Positions 1 through 9,696 of a stretch of DNA of 32,000 bases are shown here, in pieces (position 1 is the stretch's first letter; each line of letters opens with the position of its first letter). The stretch is from Microcystis aeruginosa NIES-2549 (GTDB lineage: Bacteria > Cyanobacteriota > Cyanobacteriia > Cyanobacteriales > Microcystaceae): the NCBI RefSeq assembly GCF_000981785.2, contig NZ_CP011304.1:1530001-1562000 (forward strand), read 5' to 3'. A program made the position numbers and the translations under genes. Under the pieces are notes generated by a model. That model did not search any database, had not been told where the DNA came from, and saw only the letters and a list, made by a program, of their open reading frames with translations.

Positions 1-2
1 TC

Positions 3-227
3 GATCGCTTACTGATTCTTTATCCCCTTGACTACCGTTACAGTTTACAATGGCGACAGGCGGCCGAAACAAAAGGAGGTATGACCCCATCAGAAATCGA
101 GGAATTTGTCAAGTATTTTTGGAAAAGTTTACATCCGCAATTATTTCTGCCACCCCTGCTCAAACAAGCAGATCTAGTGGTAGAAATTAATCGGGATCAT
201 AGTCTAGGAAAAATCAGTTATCAGTGA
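3..227 (+). CDS. 3' end of a P-loop D-glycerate 3-kinase-like gene (partial, runs off the window start)
   Basis: Frame 3 is open from the window edge to TGA at 225-227. The tail YSLQWRQAAETKGGMTPSEIEEFVKYFWKSLHPQLFLPPLLKQADLVVEINRDHSLGKISYQ resembles the C-terminus of plant/cyanobacterial GLYK-type glycerate kinases (recalled similarity, not searched). Confidence 0.45.
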   Translation, partial: DRLLILYPLDYRYSLQWRQAAETKGGMTPSEIEEFVKYFWKSLHPQLFLPPLLKQADLVVEINRDHSLGKISYQ

Positions 228-233
228 GCAGTA

Positions 234-254
234 GGCAAGAGGCAAGAGGCAAAA
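234..254. repeat. STRR-type heptamer tandem repeat (GGCAAGA/GGCAAAA) x3
   Basis: Direct reading: ggcaaga ggcaaga ggcaaaa. The same family recurs at 25508-25535. Confidence 0.9.
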
Positions 255-301
255 GAAAGCCCCAAACTTGTTACTTAACACTATTGACTGAAAACTCCCA
301 T

Positions 302-329
302 CTGATAACTGATAACTGATAACTGATAA
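302..329. repeat. STRR-type heptamer tandem repeat (CTGATAA) x4, ending 5 nt before the ABC ATPase start codon
   Basis: Direct reading: ctgataa x4 at 302-329, then agctt, then ATG at 335. Confidence 0.95.
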
Positions 330-334
330 AGCTT

Positions 335-1276
335 ATGATTGAAGTCGAACATCTGAGTAAAATTTATGGTTCTACCGCGGCAATCAGTGACGTGGATTTT
401 ACCGTAGAAAAAGGAGAAATTCTCGGTTTTTTGGGACCAAATGGAGCGGGAAAAACCACGACTATGAGGATTTTATCTGGTTATATTCCTGCCACAACGG
501 GAACAGCAAGGATAGCAGGATACGATGTGCATCAACAATCCTTAGAAGTGCGTCGTCGCATTGGTTATCTTCCCGAAAATCCCCCCTTGTATCCAGAGAT
601 GACCGTGGAAGGTTTTCTTGATTTTGTGGCGCGGATTAAAGGCATCTCATCGGGGGATAGAAAAGCGCGGGTAGATTTAGTTTTAAGCAAGTGTCAGTTA
701 CTAGAAAAAAGAAAAGTTATTATCCGCAAGTTATCCAAAGGTTATAAACAGCGTGTGGGAATTGCCCAAGCGATCATACACGATCCACCAGTAATTATTT
801 TAGATGAACCGACAGTAGGATTGGATCCGAAACAGATTATCGAGGTGAGAAATCTGATTAAAAGTTTAGCGGGAGAACATACAATTATTCTCTCCACTCA
901 TATTTTGCCAGAAGTGAGTATTACCTGCGATCGAGCGACAATTATTAATCGGGGTCGCATCGTGGCCAATAATATTACTACCGCCCCCCCTGCCAGTTCC
1001 AGTTATGAAATTGAGATCGAGGGTGATAGGGATTCCCTGCTAGAAATCCTGCAACAACTGCCGCAAGTCGAACAAGCAGCAAAAGTCGGCGATAACCTGC
1101 TCAAAATTGTTGGTCAAGTGGGAACAAACTTAGGGGCAGAAATTGCTAGAATAGTTGTCAACAATGGTTATAACTTATTAGAAATGCGTCGCACCCGCAA
1201 AACCCTAGAAGATATCTTTCTGGAAGTAATCGGCAGCGGGGAAAGTAACCAGCAAGAGGAGAGGCATGATCAATAA
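335..1276 (+). CDS. ABC-2 type transporter ATP-binding protein (GldA-like)
   Basis: 313-aa ORF with Walker A GPNGAGKTT, ABC signature LSKGYKQRV and Walker B VIILDEPT. It overlaps the downstream permease by 11 nt. Confidence 0.9.
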   Translation: MIEVEHLSKIYGSTAAISDVDFTVEKGEILGFLGPNGAGKTTTMRILSGYIPATTGTARIAGYDVHQQSLEVRRRIGYLPENPPLYPEMTVEGFLDFVARIKGISSGDRKARVDLVLSKCQLLEKRKVIIRKLSKGYKQRVGIAQAIIHDPPVIILDEPTVGLDPKQIIEVRNLIKSLAGEHTIILSTHILPEVSITCDRATIINRGRIVANNITTAPPASSSYEIEIEGDRDSLLEILQQLPQVEQAAKVGDNLLKIVGQVGTNLGAEIARIVVNNGYNLLEMRRTRKTLEDIFLEVIGSGESNQQEERHDQ

Positions 1277-2096
1277 TATCTGGGCGATTTTTCGCAAGGA
1301 ATTTCAAAGCTATTTTACCGCCGCCAATGCCTATATCATTATGGGGATATTTTGGTTAGTAGCAGGATTTTTCTTTAACTCCCTTCTCTACGGCATTATT
1401 CTCGATATTAGTATCCAGGAACAATCGGGATTTCTGGTAGCCAGAGATACGGTATCTGAATTTATGACCACTTTCATCGGCATTATTTTATCCTCTTTAT
1501 TGTTGGTAATTTTGCCAGCCCTGTCTATGGGATTATACGCAGAGGAAAAAAAACAGGGAACCCTAGAACTTTTAGCCACTTCCCCCCTGACCAATTGGAG
1601 TATAGCCATCGGTAAATTATTGGGAGTGCTGGCCTTTTTTACCGTGATGATTACCCCCCTCTGGATTTACGAAATAGTAGTTTTTAGTAGCGCAGTTCCC
1701 CCGGTAAATATAGCCAGTATTTTAATGGCTCATCTAGGATTAATTTTACTGGCAGCGGCCATCCTAGCCATCGGGATGTTTATTTCTTCCCTCACCAATA
1801 GTTCTATCCTGGCTTACATCATCACCTTTATCACCATCTTATTTATCTGGATACTGGATGTAATTGCTAACAATGCCGAAACCTTCTTTCGAGATCGCAT
1901 CGGAGGAGAAGTGGGAGAACAGATCGGATTTTTCCTAAAAGAATTGCTCTCCCATCTATCTTGGTATCAACCCTTTAACAATTTCGTGCGGGGAATTTTT
2001 GACAGTAGTAGTTTAGTCATCCTCCTCAGTTATATTCTGCTGGGAATCTTCCTAACTACTCAATCGATCGAAGCGGACCGTTATCAAAGAAACTAA
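1266..2096 (+). CDS. ABC-2 family permease (GldF-like)
   Basis: 276-aa ORF with about 6 hydrophobic segments. It is translationally coupled between the ATPase and the GldG-like gene. Confidence 0.8.
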   Translation: MINNIWAIFRKEFQSYFTAANAYIIMGIFWLVAGFFFNSLLYGIILDISIQEQSGFLVARDTVSEFMTTFIGIILSSLLLVILPALSMGLYAEEKKQGTLELLATSPLTNWSIAIGKLLGVLAFFTVMITPLWIYEIVVFSSAVPPVNIASILMAHLGLILLAAAILAIGMFISSLTNSSILAYIITFITILFIWILDVIANNAETFFRDRIGGEVGEQIGFFLKELLSHLSWYQPFNNFVRGIFDSSSLVILLSYILLGIFLTTQSIEADRYQRN

Positions 2097-2098
2097 CT

Positions 2099-3625
2099 AT
2101 GATATCCTGGCAAAAATACAGTAAATTTCTCTATATACCCGCCCTATTTCTGGCTAGTGCCGGCCTAACCGTGGGGTTAATTTCTGGTCAATGGTCATCC
2201 CTCTCTCTGGGGTTATTAATTGCTGGGGCTATTCTGTTTCTAGGGTGGCTGTTGTTATTAGTAATCACTGCCAAAGACTTTTGGCAAAAAAGAAGTACCC
2301 GCACTGGTACTCAAACCCTCATAACTACTATTATTGTCCTCGGTGTTATCGGTTTAATTAACTTTCTCGCCCTCCGTTATCCCTATCGAGTTGATTTAAC
2401 CGAAAACCAAATCTTTAGTTTATCCCCCCAAACCGAAAGACTATTAACCAATCTGTCAAAACCAGTCAAAGTCTGGATTTTTTCAACCCAGGGAATCAGT
2501 GGCAACGAAGAGGAACTTTTAGCCAATTATCAACGCAAAAACCCCCAATTTCAGTACGAAATAGTTAACCCAGAGAAAAAACCCAATATCGCTCAGGAAT
2601 TTAAAAAACTAGCCAATGATAATCTAGCCAGAGTCTATCTACAGTATGGTGAAAAAAAACAACCCCTGAAAACTATTAGTGAAGAGGAAAGTCTCACCGA
2701 AGCGAAATTGAGTAACGCCATCGAAACCGCTAAAACCGATCGCACTCTAACCGCTTACTTTCTGCAAGGTCATGGAGAAAATGCCATCAAAGAACCTCAA
2801 GGGGGTTTAGGACAAGCAGTCAATAGTTTAGAAGCAAAAGGTTATCAAGTAGAACCACTTAATCTAGTGGAACGTTCCACCATTCCCAATAATGCCGATG
2901 TCATTATTATTGCCAGTCCCAAAAGAAAAATATTTCCCCAAGAAGTTACCGCTTTAAAAAACTATCTTGAGCAAGGGGGCAAAATTTTATTACTGATTGA
3001 CCCCCAAACCGAAACCGGATTAGAACCCTTATTAACCTCTTGGGGTGTGAAACTAGATAATCGGATTATTATTGATGCTTCCGGTGCCGGGGAAATCATC
3101 GGTTTAGGTCCGGCTAGTCCCATTATTACCAATTACGGTAATCATCCCATTACTCGCGATTTTGCTAACGGTATTTCTATCTTTCCCTTTGCTCGTCCCA
3201 TCGCTACCGTCCCCGTGGAAGGAATTGAAGCCGTATCTTTAATGATTACTAATGATAAAATGTGGGCTGAGAGTGATTTAAATGATCAGAATCTCCAGTT
3301 TAACCCTGAAAAAGATTTAGCTGGTCCCTTTGATTTAGGAGTTGCCCTGACGGGAAAAAAAGGTAAATTAATCGTGATTGGTAATGCCAGCTTTGCCAGC
3401 GATGGACTGTTTGAACAACAGTTAAATGGAGATATATTTTTAAATTCTGTGCAGTGGTTAGCCAGTGGTGAAACAGCCACCTTATCTATCCGGGCCAAGG
3501 AACCAGAAAATAGAAGAATCAATTTAAATCCCCTGCAAGCTAACGCTATTTTTTGGATAGCGATGGTGGTGATGCCTTTAGGGGGATTTACCCTAGCTGG
3601 ATTGACTTGGTGGCAACGTCGTTAA
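2099..3625 (+). CDS. GldG-like ABC transporter auxiliary component
   Basis: 508-aa ORF with N- and C-terminal TM anchors flanking a large soluble domain. It starts 3 nt after the permease stop, matching the usual third position of GldA/F/G-type operons. Confidence 0.7.
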   Translation: MISWQKYSKFLYIPALFLASAGLTVGLISGQWSSLSLGLLIAGAILFLGWLLLLVITAKDFWQKRSTRTGTQTLITTIIVLGVIGLINFLALRYPYRVDLTENQIFSLSPQTERLLTNLSKPVKVWIFSTQGISGNEEELLANYQRKNPQFQYEIVNPEKKPNIAQEFKKLANDNLARVYLQYGEKKQPLKTISEEESLTEAKLSNAIETAKTDRTLTAYFLQGHGENAIKEPQGGLGQAVNSLEAKGYQVEPLNLVERSTIPNNADVIIIASPKRKIFPQEVTALKNYLEQGGKILLLIDPQTETGLEPLLTSWGVKLDNRIIIDASGAGEIIGLGPASPIITNYGNHPITRDFANGISIFPFARPIATVPVEGIEAVSLMITNDKMWAESDLNDQNLQFNPEKDLAGPFDLGVALTGKKGKLIVIGNASFASDGLFEQQLNGDIFLNSVQWLASGETATLSIRAKEPENRRINLNPLQANAIFWIAMVVMPLGGFTLAGLTWWQRR

Positions 3626-3672
3626 TCGAGTTAGAATCTAGAAAAATCATCTCTCTTATTCCTCTAACTGCC

Positions 3673-4293
3673 ATGACCACAACCCAAACTATCCCCCAAT
3701 TGTTGACTTTTGATGACTATATCAATCAATATCCCGATGATGGACAACAATACGAATTAATCGCAGGAAAATTATCGGCCATGATGCGACCGATCGGAAA
3801 ACACGAAGAAATTGGCGGATTTGTTTCTGGAACCCTATTCTTAGAGATAAATCGGCAGCAATTGCCCTATTTTATCCCTAATACTGCGGCAGTAAAACCC
3901 CTTCGACCCCATACAGGTTATCTACCCGATATTATTGTCCTAGACAGAGAAAATCTAGTTAATGATCCCTATTGGGAAACCGCTTCCTCAATTTCTCTGG
4001 CAACATCAGCTAAATTAATTATTGAAATTGTCAGTTCCAATTGGCGAGATGATTATCTGAAAAAATTCGACGACTACGAACAATTAGGAATTGCCGAATA
4101 TTGGATTATCGATTATTTAGCCAAAGGTTCGGCCCGATATATCGGCAGCCCCAAAGAACCCACCATTTCTATCTATCAATTAATCGATGGAGAATATCAA
4201 GGTAATTTATTTAAACAGGATCAACGTCTTATTTCAGGGGTTTTTCCAGAGTTAAACCTCACTGCTAATCAAATTTTTCGTGCTAGAGCTTAA
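3673..4293 (+). CDS. Uma2 (DUF820) family PD-(D/E)xK endonuclease-like protein
   Basis: Start chosen at ATG 3673 (MTTTQTIPQLLTFDDY...). Motifs PDIIVLD, EIVSSN and AEYWIIDY are typical of Uma2. The track ORF start at 3553 overlaps the GldG-like gene and is probably a false extension. Confidence 0.75.
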   Translation: MTTTQTIPQLLTFDDYINQYPDDGQQYELIAGKLSAMMRPIGKHEEIGGFVSGTLFLEINRQQLPYFIPNTAAVKPLRPHTGYLPDIIVLDRENLVNDPYWETASSISLATSAKLIIEIVSSNWRDDYLKKFDDYEQLGIAEYWIIDYLAKGSARYIGSPKEPTISIYQLIDGEYQGNLFKQDQRLISGVFPELNLTANQIFRARA

Positions 4294-4314
4294 AGAAAAA
4301 CCCGCATTTTTAGA

Positions 4315-5799
4315 TTAATTACTATTTTCCACCGTGGGAAGAGGAGAAGGTGATAAAACAGGAGGAGCGATCGGTTCAATTTTATCCTCATTAACCGGGG
4401 GATTAATCACCTCTGGAACAGGAGAAGGGGAAGGGGAAGGAGAAGGGGAAGGGGAAGGAGAAGGAGAAGGAGAAGGGGAAGGAAGGGGAGAAACTTGAGG
4501 ACTCGGCTCCGTTTCAGGAAGGGGAACAGGAATAGGAATTACTTCTTCTGGGGTGGGACTAGGAGTTAATTCTGGAGTCGCTTCTGGACTAGGAATCACC
4601 TCTGGGGTGGGAGTAGGGGATGGAGTGGGAGTCGGGGAATAAATGGGAGTCCGTTGACGAGAAGGTCGTCGGATAGGGGGAAAATCTTGGGAGGGAGGAG
4701 GAATGATTTCAGGAATAGGAGAAGGTTCGGGGGTTGGTGATGGTTTAATTTGCTCATTTTTGGGAAAAATAGCCATAAATCCCCGATATCCTAGGGCAAA
4801 AGCCCCAATTGTCACCGCAAAAATCAGCAAAATCCACAGCCAAGGATTCTTTTTTTCCCCAGAATTGGGTTTAATAACCACAGTGGGGGAGACGGTTGGT
4901 TTTGGGGGTGTAGAGGACTTTAATCGGGGACTATGGGGAGAAACCGCGATAGTTGGTTGGGTGGACAAATCGGGGGATATTTCTGCCAAAGCTGCTAACA
5001 TTTCCCTCGCAGTAGCAAACCGATCCCGGGGATGAAAACGGATCGCTCGATCGATTACCATAGCTAAATTAGGATTAACATTTTCTGCCTCCTGTCGCCA
5101 GAGAATTTCCCCCGTGCGCGAGTCAGTTTCTAGATATTGCGGCGTTTTTCCCGTTAATAAAAAAATCGCCGTTAAGCCTAGGCTGTAAAGGTCACTAGAA
5201 AAAACCGGTCTCCCGGCAGCCTGTTCTGAAGCCATATAACCGGGGGTGCCAAGGGCGATCGAATAGGCACTTTTTCCCGTAGGATCGAGTAAGGTGGCCA
5301 CTGCTTCTTTCATTACCCCAAAATCGATCAAAATGGGCAAATTATCACTATTTCTTAAGATAATATTATCGGGTTTCACATCCCGGTGAATAATGCGGCG
5401 ACTGTGAATAAAATCAATAACAGGCAGTAAATTCTCTAAAATCGTCCGCACTACCGAGGAAGATAAATTTCCCTGTCGTTGCTGTTTTTGGGTTAGTGTC
5501 TCCCCTTCAATCCATTCCTGCACCAGATAGAAATGATTATCTTGGGCAAAATAACCGTATAAACGGGGTATTTGGCGATTTTGCTCTCCCAATTCCTCTA
5601 AAACGCTTGCTTCTTTCTGAAAACGTTCTTTTAACCATTCTGGCATCTCCTCACTTTGAATAGCCGGCTGCAATTTTTTAATCACACAGCGCCGTTGAGA
5701 AGGCATATTCGTATCGATAGCGATATAAGTTTCCCCAAATCCCCCCCTAGCAAGGGTGCTAACAATTTGGTAGCGATTGTTTAAAAGCACTAGATTCAT
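4315..5799 (-). CDS. Ser/Thr protein kinase with one TM segment and a Pro/Ser-rich C-terminal tail
   Basis: Hanks kinase motifs GGFGETY, HRDVKPDNIIL, DFG and GTPGYMASE. TM segment WLWILLIFAVTIGAFALGY. The tail is dominated by PSP/TPTP and a (SP)n run. Confidence 0.9.
   Translation of the reverse strand: MNLVLLNNRYQIVSTLARGGFGETYIAIDTNMPSQRRCVIKKLQPAIQSEEMPEWLKERFQKEASVLEELGEQNRQIPRLYGYFAQDNHFYLVQEWIEGETLTQKQQRQGNLSSSVVRTILENLLPVIDFIHSRRIIHRDVKPDNIILRNSDNLPILIDFGVMKEAVATLLDPTGKSAYSIALGTPGYMASEQAAGRPVFSSDLYSLGLTAIFLLTGKTPQYLETDSRTGEILWRQEAENVNPNLAMVIDRAIRFHPRDRFATAREMLAALAEISPDLSTQPTIAVSPHSPRLKSSTPPKPTVSPTVVIKPNSGEKKNPWLWILLIFAVTIGAFALGYRGFMAIFPKNEQIKPSPTPEPSPIPEIIPPPSQDFPPIRRPSRQRTPIYSPTPTPSPTPTPEVIPSPEATPELTPSPTPEEVIPIPVPLPETEPSPQVSPLPSPSPSPSPSPSPSPSPSPSPVPEVINPPVNEDKIEPIAPPVLSPSPLPTVENSN
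4421..4490 (-). repeat. Coding hexanucleotide repeat (GGAGAA/GGGGAA)n encoding (SP)n in the kinase tail
   Basis: Direct reading: ggagaaggggaaggggaaggagaagg... on the + strand, translating to SPSPSPSPSPSPSPSPSPSPSP on the - strand. Confidence 0.9.
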
Positions 5800-5889
5800 T
5801 ACCCTGAGAGTGCAAGCGTGGTCATAAATTGTTCCTAGACTAACATTCTTTTGTTAAGGAAAAAGTCAAGGGAAAAACTAGAGTCAAGT

Positions 5890-6795
5890 CTAAGGAATCC
5901 AGCGACGGATTTTCGTCCACAAAGGTGCATTATCTTGACTACTCATCTCCTGAAAACTTTGATAACAATCGTAGGCGCGATTAAGATGGGCCGTGATTTC
6001 TGTCGCATTGGGATGGGAATTGCGATCGGGATGCCAATAACACAAGAGAGTTTTATAATTGTTCTCAATCCGGCTAGTCGTGCTAAAAGGAGTAATCCCC
6101 AAAACTCGCCACCAAACGGGATTAGCGGACTCTATAATCATCACGGCCAAGGAACGGGGCGAAGGATAGAGAATTTGGGCGATTAATAACCAATCTGACC
6201 CATAACACACCCGATAAACCGCTTTAACCCGCTCTTTTCCCAACTGTTGACAAGCTTGTAAATGCCATTGACGAAAATCCCTCCGCATCTGCTGATGAGT
6301 TCGCAAATCTCGCCTGGCAAATCTGCCCTCAGCCAGTTTATTAGTGCCAATAGTGTTAAAGTTACCATTAGCGATCGCTTTTAGATCCCAGTAAAGATGA
6401 TAAAAAGGATCTTGACCCAAGGCTAGACTTTCCAGAATTTCCTTAGCGTAACCTCTAGCCGGATTTAATTGCAATAATTCCTCTAATTCCCGACAAAACT
6501 GCTCATTTTCGGGCATACCGCGCCATTGCCAATAATTAACATCCGGTTTTGCCAGAGACTGCCTATATACACTGCGCCACACCTGGGGAACAGTACAGGC
6601 GATCGGGGTAGCCAAGGGAGTAGCCAGGGGATAAGATTGACCCTTTAAAGAGCTTTCAGGAGCATCTTCTAGTAAACAAGCAAGATGATAGGCGGGATGA
6701 CTACGGGGCTTTTTTTGGGGGCTAATAAACCAAAAAGCCGTTAAAATGAGAATTAAGTACAAGAGTAGAGAAAGAATTTGCTCCGCCATCGCCAC
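5890..6795 (-). CDS. Membrane-anchored J-domain (DnaJ-like) protein
   Basis: 301-aa ORF with an N-terminal hydrophobic segment. The C-terminal region LGITPFSTTSRIENNYKTLLCYWHPDRNSHPNATEITAHLNRAYDCY contains the HPD tripeptide of J domains. Confidence 0.65.
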   Translation of the reverse strand: MAMAEQILSLLLYLILILTAFWFISPQKKPRSHPAYHLACLLEDAPESSLKGQSYPLATPLATPIACTVPQVWRSVYRQSLAKPDVNYWQWRGMPENEQFCRELEELLQLNPARGYAKEILESLALGQDPFYHLYWDLKAIANGNFNTIGTNKLAEGRFARRDLRTHQQMRRDFRQWHLQACQQLGKERVKAVYRVCYGSDWLLIAQILYPSPRSLAVMIIESANPVWWRVLGITPFSTTSRIENNYKTLLCYWHPDRNSHPNATEITAHLNRAYDCYQSFQEMSSQDNAPLWTKIRRWIP

Positions 6796-6836
6796 TTTTA
6801 GTTAGTCTGCTCAGTTACCTCAAGAATTATAATTGG

Positions 6837-7694
6837 TGCTATGGTCGCTGAAAAGTTCTTTGTATCTCGGCTGATTGTCAGTAATCCACAAAACGGGGTG
6901 ATATGCCGAAAGTTTCCCCATATCCTTACTCTGGTTATTCGGAAAGTTTTTGTATAATTAATGGTTAGCTGGCCTCGTAATACCACGATGTATCTGATTA
7001 GGAGCGATGTTATGGGACTTAGTGAAAATTTTTTACAGCCAGCATTGTCAGATGATTTTTACTGGCTCAACGAGCCGACGCATTATCGTTTGGGTAATGG
7101 CTTGGAAATTTCTACAGATGAAAAAACTGATTTTTGGCAAAACACGCACTATGGTTTTCAAAGAGATGATGGGCATTGCTTATTGATGCGACAAGTTGGG
7201 GATTTTTCCCTAATGACCCAAGTAGAATTTCAGCCTCGGGAAAAATATGATCAATGTGGCCTAATGGTGCGGATTGACAGTCAGAATTGGATAAAAGTTT
7301 CCACGGAATATGAAAGCGAACAAGCTAGTCGGCTTGGTTCTGTGGTGACCAATTTGGGATATTCTGATTGGGCAACGCAAGACATTTCTTCACGATACCG
7401 CGAAATGTGGTATCGCATCAGTAAACGGGGGAGCGATTTTCTGCTAGAGAATTCTTATGATGGGCAGGCTTGGCTGCAAATGCGGATCACACACTTACAC
7501 AAGATAGCCGACGATTGCCAAATCGGAGTGTATGCCTGCAGCCCGATAGGCAAAGCGTTTCGCTGTTGTTTCAAAACCTTGGAAATCTCAGACAATCAGT
7601 GGCTGGTAATACCAGAAGCCAGCTAATAACTGTATGCACCCGACTGGCACTTATGCGCCTTAACGCCTGGCTTGTTGTGGTTCACGGCTTGTCT
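6837..7694 (+). repeat. 858-bp direct repeat, copy A (leader plus DUF1349-like gene plus 68 bp of 3' flank)
   Basis: Aligns base-for-base, without indels, to 10451-11308 at a constant offset of 3614. I count about 12 mismatches, clustered in the 5' leader and at the 3' end. Confidence 0.95.
7012..7626 (+). CDS. DUF1349-like (concanavalin-like fold) protein, copy A
   Basis: ATG 7012 is preceded by aggag at 7000-7004. The sequence YWLNEPTHYRLGNGLEISTDEKTDFWQNTHYGFQRDDGH... resembles the DUF1349 family (recalled). Near-identical paralog at 10626-11240. Confidence 0.7.
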   Translation: MGLSENFLQPALSDDFYWLNEPTHYRLGNGLEISTDEKTDFWQNTHYGFQRDDGHCLLMRQVGDFSLMTQVEFQPREKYDQCGLMVRIDSQNWIKVSTEYESEQASRLGSVVTNLGYSDWATQDISSRYREMWYRISKRGSDFLLENSYDGQAWLQMRITHLHKIADDCQIGVYACSPIGKAFRCCFKTLEISDNQWLVIPEAS

Positions 7695-7785
7695 CAAGAT
7701 CTGAGTTGCCGATTCTTTGTACACCCTATAAACTGGTTGGAGAACTTAAAGATTCACCTAATAAATCCGTCTAATAATAGATGTT

Positions 7786-8754
7786 ATGCTGACCAGTATT
7801 TTGCTGTGGTTGATCGCACTTAGCCTGTTGCTAATCAGCTTCACCCCTGGAGAATGGTACAAGCTGTGGCTCTTTGAGATTTTGGGGGCAGGCTATCTTT
7901 GGTTTGCGGCCTCGACTTTGATATTGCTGTTGGCTCTGTTTTTACCCAGGTTCCGCCCTTCCCGCCGGAAATTGATGATCACCTTAGCTGTAGGGCTGGG
8001 GTTTTATGTCAGCACAATTGCTACCTGGTATGTTCCGAGGTTCCGAGATGCTAGAACTGGTGGTCTCCCATTGACCGTAATGACCTACAACGTCAACTAC
8101 CAACTATGGGAGACCAGTGCCGTGACTAACCTAGTTCGGGCAAATCCCGTAGATATATTCGGGTTAGTTGAACCCCTCAAGGAGCAAGCCGCAGAGCTAC
8201 TAGACAAGGTGCAGGATCTTTATCCTTACTATTACCGCGCAACGGGAGGCGGACTGAGTTTATTTAGCCGCTATCCCATTACAGAGGCAACGACTGATAA
8301 CTTGGGAACCCGCCACCATAGCCTATTCGCAAGCGTTAATGTGACAGGACACCCCATTCGGGTTGTTGTTGCCCATCCCCTTGCCCCTATATCCATACCT
8401 AACTTTATCAATCGTAACCAGGCGATGGTAGCCCTGGCAGCCTATGCAGCACAGCAGTCAATCACCACCGTGATGATGGGTGACTTTAACCTCACCTCCT
8501 GGTCGATTTATTTTCGCAACTTTATCATTAACTCAGGATTACGCAGTGTCAATCTAGGGCATGGACTAAATCCAACCTGGTTTTACGCTGACGGAGCGCG
8601 ATCGCTATCCCATCTCGATCATTGGAAACAAGCTCTAAAAATTCCCATTGACCACATTTTCGTCAGTCAAAATGTCAGGGTTGATCAGGTCATCACACTG
8701 CCTTCAGGTGTATCTGATCATCGTCCAGTGATTGCAAAACTACGAGTGACGTAG
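7786..8754 (+). CDS. Endonuclease/exonuclease/phosphatase (EEP) family protein with an N-terminal membrane region
   Basis: 322-aa ORF with 3-4 N-terminal hydrophobic helices. The catalytic-type C-terminus has GDFN and SDHRPV motifs. It looks visibly more GC-rich than its neighbours. Confidence 0.75.
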   Translation: MLTSILLWLIALSLLLISFTPGEWYKLWLFEILGAGYLWFAASTLILLLALFLPRFRPSRRKLMITLAVGLGFYVSTIATWYVPRFRDARTGGLPLTVMTYNVNYQLWETSAVTNLVRANPVDIFGLVEPLKEQAAELLDKVQDLYPYYYRATGGGLSLFSRYPITEATTDNLGTRHHSLFASVNVTGHPIRVVVAHPLAPISIPNFINRNQAMVALAAYAAQQSITTVMMGDFNLTSWSIYFRNFIINSGLRSVNLGHGLNPTWFYADGARSLSHLDHWKQALKIPIDHIFVSQNVRVDQVITLPSGVSDHRPVIAKLRVT

Positions 8755-8793
8755 CTTGTTTTAGCCCCTCATAACGGAGGTAACAAAACCTTA

Positions 8794-9018
8794 ATGGAAA
8801 GTCGTATCCATATCAATCCAGATATTTGTAATGGAAGACCTGTTATAGCTGGAACCCGAATTCCGGTGCAAACAGTTATGGAATTTTTAGGAGCAGGGGA
8901 TTCTATTGAAGAAGTAATTGAATAATATCCTTCTCTGAATCGAGAAGATATTTATGCCTGTAGGCAATTTGCAGCAAGATTGATGGCGAATCACTATGAA
9001 GTCAGAAAAATTGCATGA
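8794..9018 (+). pseudogene. DUF433-like antitoxin-type gene with an in-frame TAA
   Basis: Translation is MESRIHINPDICNGRPVIAGTRIPVQTVMEFLGAGDSIEEVIE*YPSLNREDIYACRQFAARL... The TAA at 8923-8925 interrupts an otherwise continuous DUF433-like frame. It has an ATGA overlap with the next gene. Confidence 0.7.
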
Positions 9019-9345
9019 ATGGTTTTTTCTTTGATGAAAATTTACCAGCTAAAATCCTGTTTACTCCATCTTTACCGATCATTTTTAGGGAGAAGTCCAA
9101 GGGATACGGAAATTTAGCAATATGCAAAGGATAAAAAACTGGTTATTGTTACGAAAGATACAGACTTTTCCGATCAACTAATGCTTAATTTTTTTGCACC
9201 CAAAGTAGTACATCTCCGTTTTGGCAATATACGAAAACGAGAATTTCATCAGTTTTTAGCTCGTATTTGGCCAGAGTTTGAAGCTTTGGTTATTGAACAT
9301 AAATTAGTTAATGTCTATTTAGATAGAATTGAAGCATTTAGATAA
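9015..9345 (+). pseudogene. DUF5615-like (PIN-like, DUF433 partner) gene with a frameshift and an in-frame TAG
   Basis: The N-terminus MNGFFFDENLPAKI... loses frame near 9085-9095. The downstream frame reads DTEI*QYAKDKKLVIVTKDTDFSDQL... with TAG at 9115-9117 where this family usually has Trp. Total length is 331 nt, not a multiple of 3. Confidence 0.65.
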
Positions 9346-9373
9346 TTTTTCCTAACATTCATTGCGATATCGC

Positions 9374-9396
9374 TAAGGTGGGTAATGCCTGCCTTA
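9374..9396. repeat. Diverged copy of the GGTGGGCAATGCTCACC-type palindromic hairpin element
   Basis: Sequence taaggtgggtaatgcctgcctta is an imperfect palindrome related to the copies at 10183-10207 and 16927-16953. Confidence 0.5.
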
Positions 9397-9696
9397 CTCT
9401 AGGGAAAGTCCAGTAATAATATCTTCTGGGGGAATCCCAGCTTGAATTAAATTGGTTGTTAATCCTTCTTCAAGATTATCATCTTCAATGACAATTTTAT
9501 TTTTCAATAAACGAGCGTGAAATAAAATTGTATTAATCCACGCTTCTTTTTCCCAACCAGTCATAATTATTAAAAAGTTGCCTGATTCTGGATCACAAAC
9601 TGGGGTAATTTTAAGGGTTTGTAATCGAGGTTGCATCGCCGACTCTTTTCTGATAACTTGAGTCAGAATATCGGCATAATTTACTGTGTTATCCAT
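9394..9696 (-). CDS. xisI: XisI family protein
   Basis: MDNTVNYADILTQVIRKESAMQPRLQTLKITPVCDPESGNFLIIMTGWEKEAWINTILFHARL... is typical of XisI. Start taken at ATG 9696; the track start at 9702 is a TTG. The gene overlaps the end of the xisH frame. Confidence 0.8.
   Translation of the reverse strand: MDNTVNYADILTQVIRKESAMQPRLQTLKITPVCDPESGNFLIIMTGWEKEAWINTILFHARLLKNKIVIEDDNLEEGLTTNLIQAGIPPEDIITGLSLE

Noticed and set aside
3553-3672. N-terminal extension of the Uma2-family ORF
   Set aside because: It overlaps the C-terminal TM anchor of the GldG-like gene in another frame. The conserved Uma2 sequence begins at ATG 3673.
7470-7823. 117-aa ORF spanning the DUF1349-like 3' end and the EEP gene start
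   Set aside because: It overlaps two better-supported genes out of frame, and its first part lies within the 858-bp repeat in an alternative frame.
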